DNA of 64,000 nucleotides from a virus (Duplodnaviria; Caudoviricetes): IMG/VR virus record IMGVR_UViG_3300028048_000054; one strand, 5' to 3'. Shown piece by piece: positions 62,548 to 64,000 of this stretch (position 1 is its first letter; each line of letters starts with the position of its first letter). The notes under the pieces were generated by a model. It saw only the letters and a program-made list of their open reading frames with translations, ran no database searches and was not told where the DNA came from. The position numbers and the translations under genes were made by a program.

Positions 62548-64000
62548 TGTCACTATACACTCAGTACGTAACACAGTATTCAAAGGAAGAAGCAGACAAA
62601 TTAGTACAAGACAACCCTTGTACTTTTTGTTACTTGCAGAATAATCAACTAGCAACCAAAATTAATGGGTTTGGCTCCGACCACCCAACTTTTATGGTGG
62701 TATCTGACTTTATTCACAAAAACTGGTTGAGTGCTGGAGTTCCTTTTTCTGGTCCAATGGTAGGGCCATTTACGGAATTATTACACGGAGTAGGTATTAA
62801 TATTGACGAAGTTTATTGGACTTCATTAGTAAAGTGTCCACCTTGTAAAAATTTGAAGAAAGGAAAAGAAACGGCCCCTAAAAAAGAGGCTGTTACGTAC
62901 TGTAGTGCTTATTTAGACACAGAAATTAAACTGAAACAACCAAAAGTTATTGTTGCTTGTGGACAGACTGCATTGGACTTCTTTTTTCCTAAATTTAAAA
63001 TGACTGAAAAAAGATGCCAGGTACTGTGGTCTGATAAATATAAATGTAATATAGTTCCTATATACAACCCAGAAGCAATGTCTGTGACCTATGAGTTTGA
63101 TGATATTATTCGTAAGGCATTTGAACAAGCATACAACGCAGTATACCACCCAGAGAAACTTAAATTTCCAGCAGTGAAATACTTGTTGGTAAAGGATATT
63201 AATTTACTTCGTCAGGTGGCAGAGAGAGTCAAACAAGTTGATAGAATTGCATACGACTTGGAAACAAACTCTATTACTTATTCTAAAGCCAAGATTCTGT
63301 CCGTTGGTGTATCTTGGGCAAAGAATACGGGCGTATCCTGGCCTCTATGGGTTAAAGACGAAGAAGCCTGTAATAAGTTAATAGAAAGCGCACCAAAAAA
63401 AGAACAACTAAAATTACGCACACAATTAGACCACGACCCTATCTTAAAGAAGTTTTGGAAAGATGAGGAGTGGGATGAAGTTATACGTTTAACCAAAGAG
63501 ATTTTTGAAAACACCAATTGTAAAAAAGGTGGGCATAACACGTTCTTTGATAATCTGGTATTACACTATAATGGTATTGAAGTTAAAAATTATACTTATG
63601 ATACTATGATTATGAAACACCTATTAGATGAGGAACGTGAGAAGTCATTAGACTACTGTTCGTGGATTTATACCGACAAAGGTGGGTATAAAATGGAAAA
63701 GGAGCAGTATTTGAAGTCCAGTGAGTCCAACTATGCAAACATACCATTAGACGTACTGTTAAACTACAATGCTGGTGATGCGGCTGTTACGTATGAACTA
63801 TATGATATTTTTAGACCTCAAATTATAGCACAAGGGTTAAAATACGAAATGGCCAATATCCGTATTCCATTACAAAAAGCATTAATGGAAGCGTGTATTT
63901 ATGGTATGCGTGTTGATAGACAATACTTACGTGATACGGCAAAAAAGTTGGACCAAGAAATTAAAGAGATAGAGGATAAAATTTTACCATATTTACAGAA
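62547..64000 (+). CDS. polA: Family A DNA polymerase with N-terminal family-4 UDG-like domain (3'-truncated, not in ORF track)
   Basis: My translation from ATG 62547: CTFC...PFSG...YWTSLVKC...CSAYLDTEI..KQPKVIVACG (UDG4 fold), ExoI YDLET, ExoII HNTFFD, YDTMIMKHLLDE, ExoIII YNAGD, then GMRVDRQYL; open to the window end. Confidence 0.85.
   Translation, partial: MSLYTQYVTQYSKEEADKLVQDNPCTFCYLQNNQLATKINGFGSDHPTFMVVSDFIHKNWLSAGVPFSGPMVGPFTELLHGVGINIDEVYWTSLVKCPPCKNLKKGKETAPKKEAVTYCSAYLDTEIKLKQPKVIVACGQTALDFFFPKFKMTEKRCQVLWSDKYKCNIVPIYNPEAMSVTYEFDDIIRKAFEQAYNAVYHPEKLKFPAVKYLLVKDINLLRQVAERVKQVDRIAYDLETNSITYSKAKILSVGVSWAKNTGVSWPLWVKDEEACNKLIESAPKKEQLKLRTQLDHDPILKKFWKDEEWDEVIRLTKEIFENTNCKKGGHNTFFDNLVLHYNGIEVKNYTYDTMIMKHLLDEEREKSLDYCSWIYTDKGGYKMEKEQYLKSSESNYANIPLDVLLNYNAGDAAVTYELYDIFRPQIIAQGLKYEMANIRIPLQKALMEACIYGMRVDRQYLRDTAKKLDQEIKEIEDKILPYLQ

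Noticed and set aside
95-63541. Minus-strand and nested alternative-frame ORFs in the track (e.g. 49531..50121, 50753..51184, 55060..55461)
   Set aside because: They lie within or across well-supported + strand genes and have no recognisable motifs; treated as shadow ORFs.
1-64000. Stop-codon reassignment as seen in some large gut phages
   Set aside because: The standard code already gives near-complete coding density, and TAA, TAG and TGA all end genes right at the next gene's start.
1-64000. tRNA/rRNA genes, introns, inteins, transposases, integrase
   Set aside because: None recognised; intergenic gaps are short, and RecA, DnaB and the helicase are of normal length. A covariance-model scan was not run.

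Overview
A 64 kb stretch of a large, AT-rich myovirus-type (contractile-tailed) bacteriophage genome. Essentially all genes are on the + strand, tightly packed, and read in the standard genetic code. (1) 1-33.9 kb is virion morphogenesis: neck, tail terminator, sheath, tube, a tail chaperone with a -1 frameshift, tape measure, baseplate, an embedded lysis cassette and many tail-fibre-like and glycine-rich paralogs. (2) 33.9-42.3 kb is the standout. It is a promoter- and terminator-bounded operon with two paralogous ~230-aa proteins ending in near-identical Ser/Cys tracts (...C-S9/10-CSC-S5-IFIGWWKI). These are followed by four radical SAM genes carrying five CxxxCxxC domains, including a MiaB/RimO/MtaB-like methylthiotransferase fused to a second rSAM domain and an AAA+ ATPase-rSAM fusion. 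I interpret it as a candidate phage-encoded, RiPP-like protein-modification system; the chemistry is inference. (3) 42.3-64 kb is DNA metabolism: RNA ligase, UvsW-like helicase, DNA MTase, DnaC-like loader, DnaB, GroEL, an A1-like phosphoesterase, a primase Zn domain, SSB-like, RecA, Mre11 with a split Rad50, RuvC-like, and a UDG-domain family A DNA polymerase running off the right edge. Two recurrent cis-motifs were read from the sequence: near-consensus sigma70 promoters and a 22-bp GTATACAY-N6-ATTWAGTG candidate late promoter. No tRNA, rRNA, CRISPR array or mobile element was recognised. All product calls come from motif recognition and gene order; no database searches were run.
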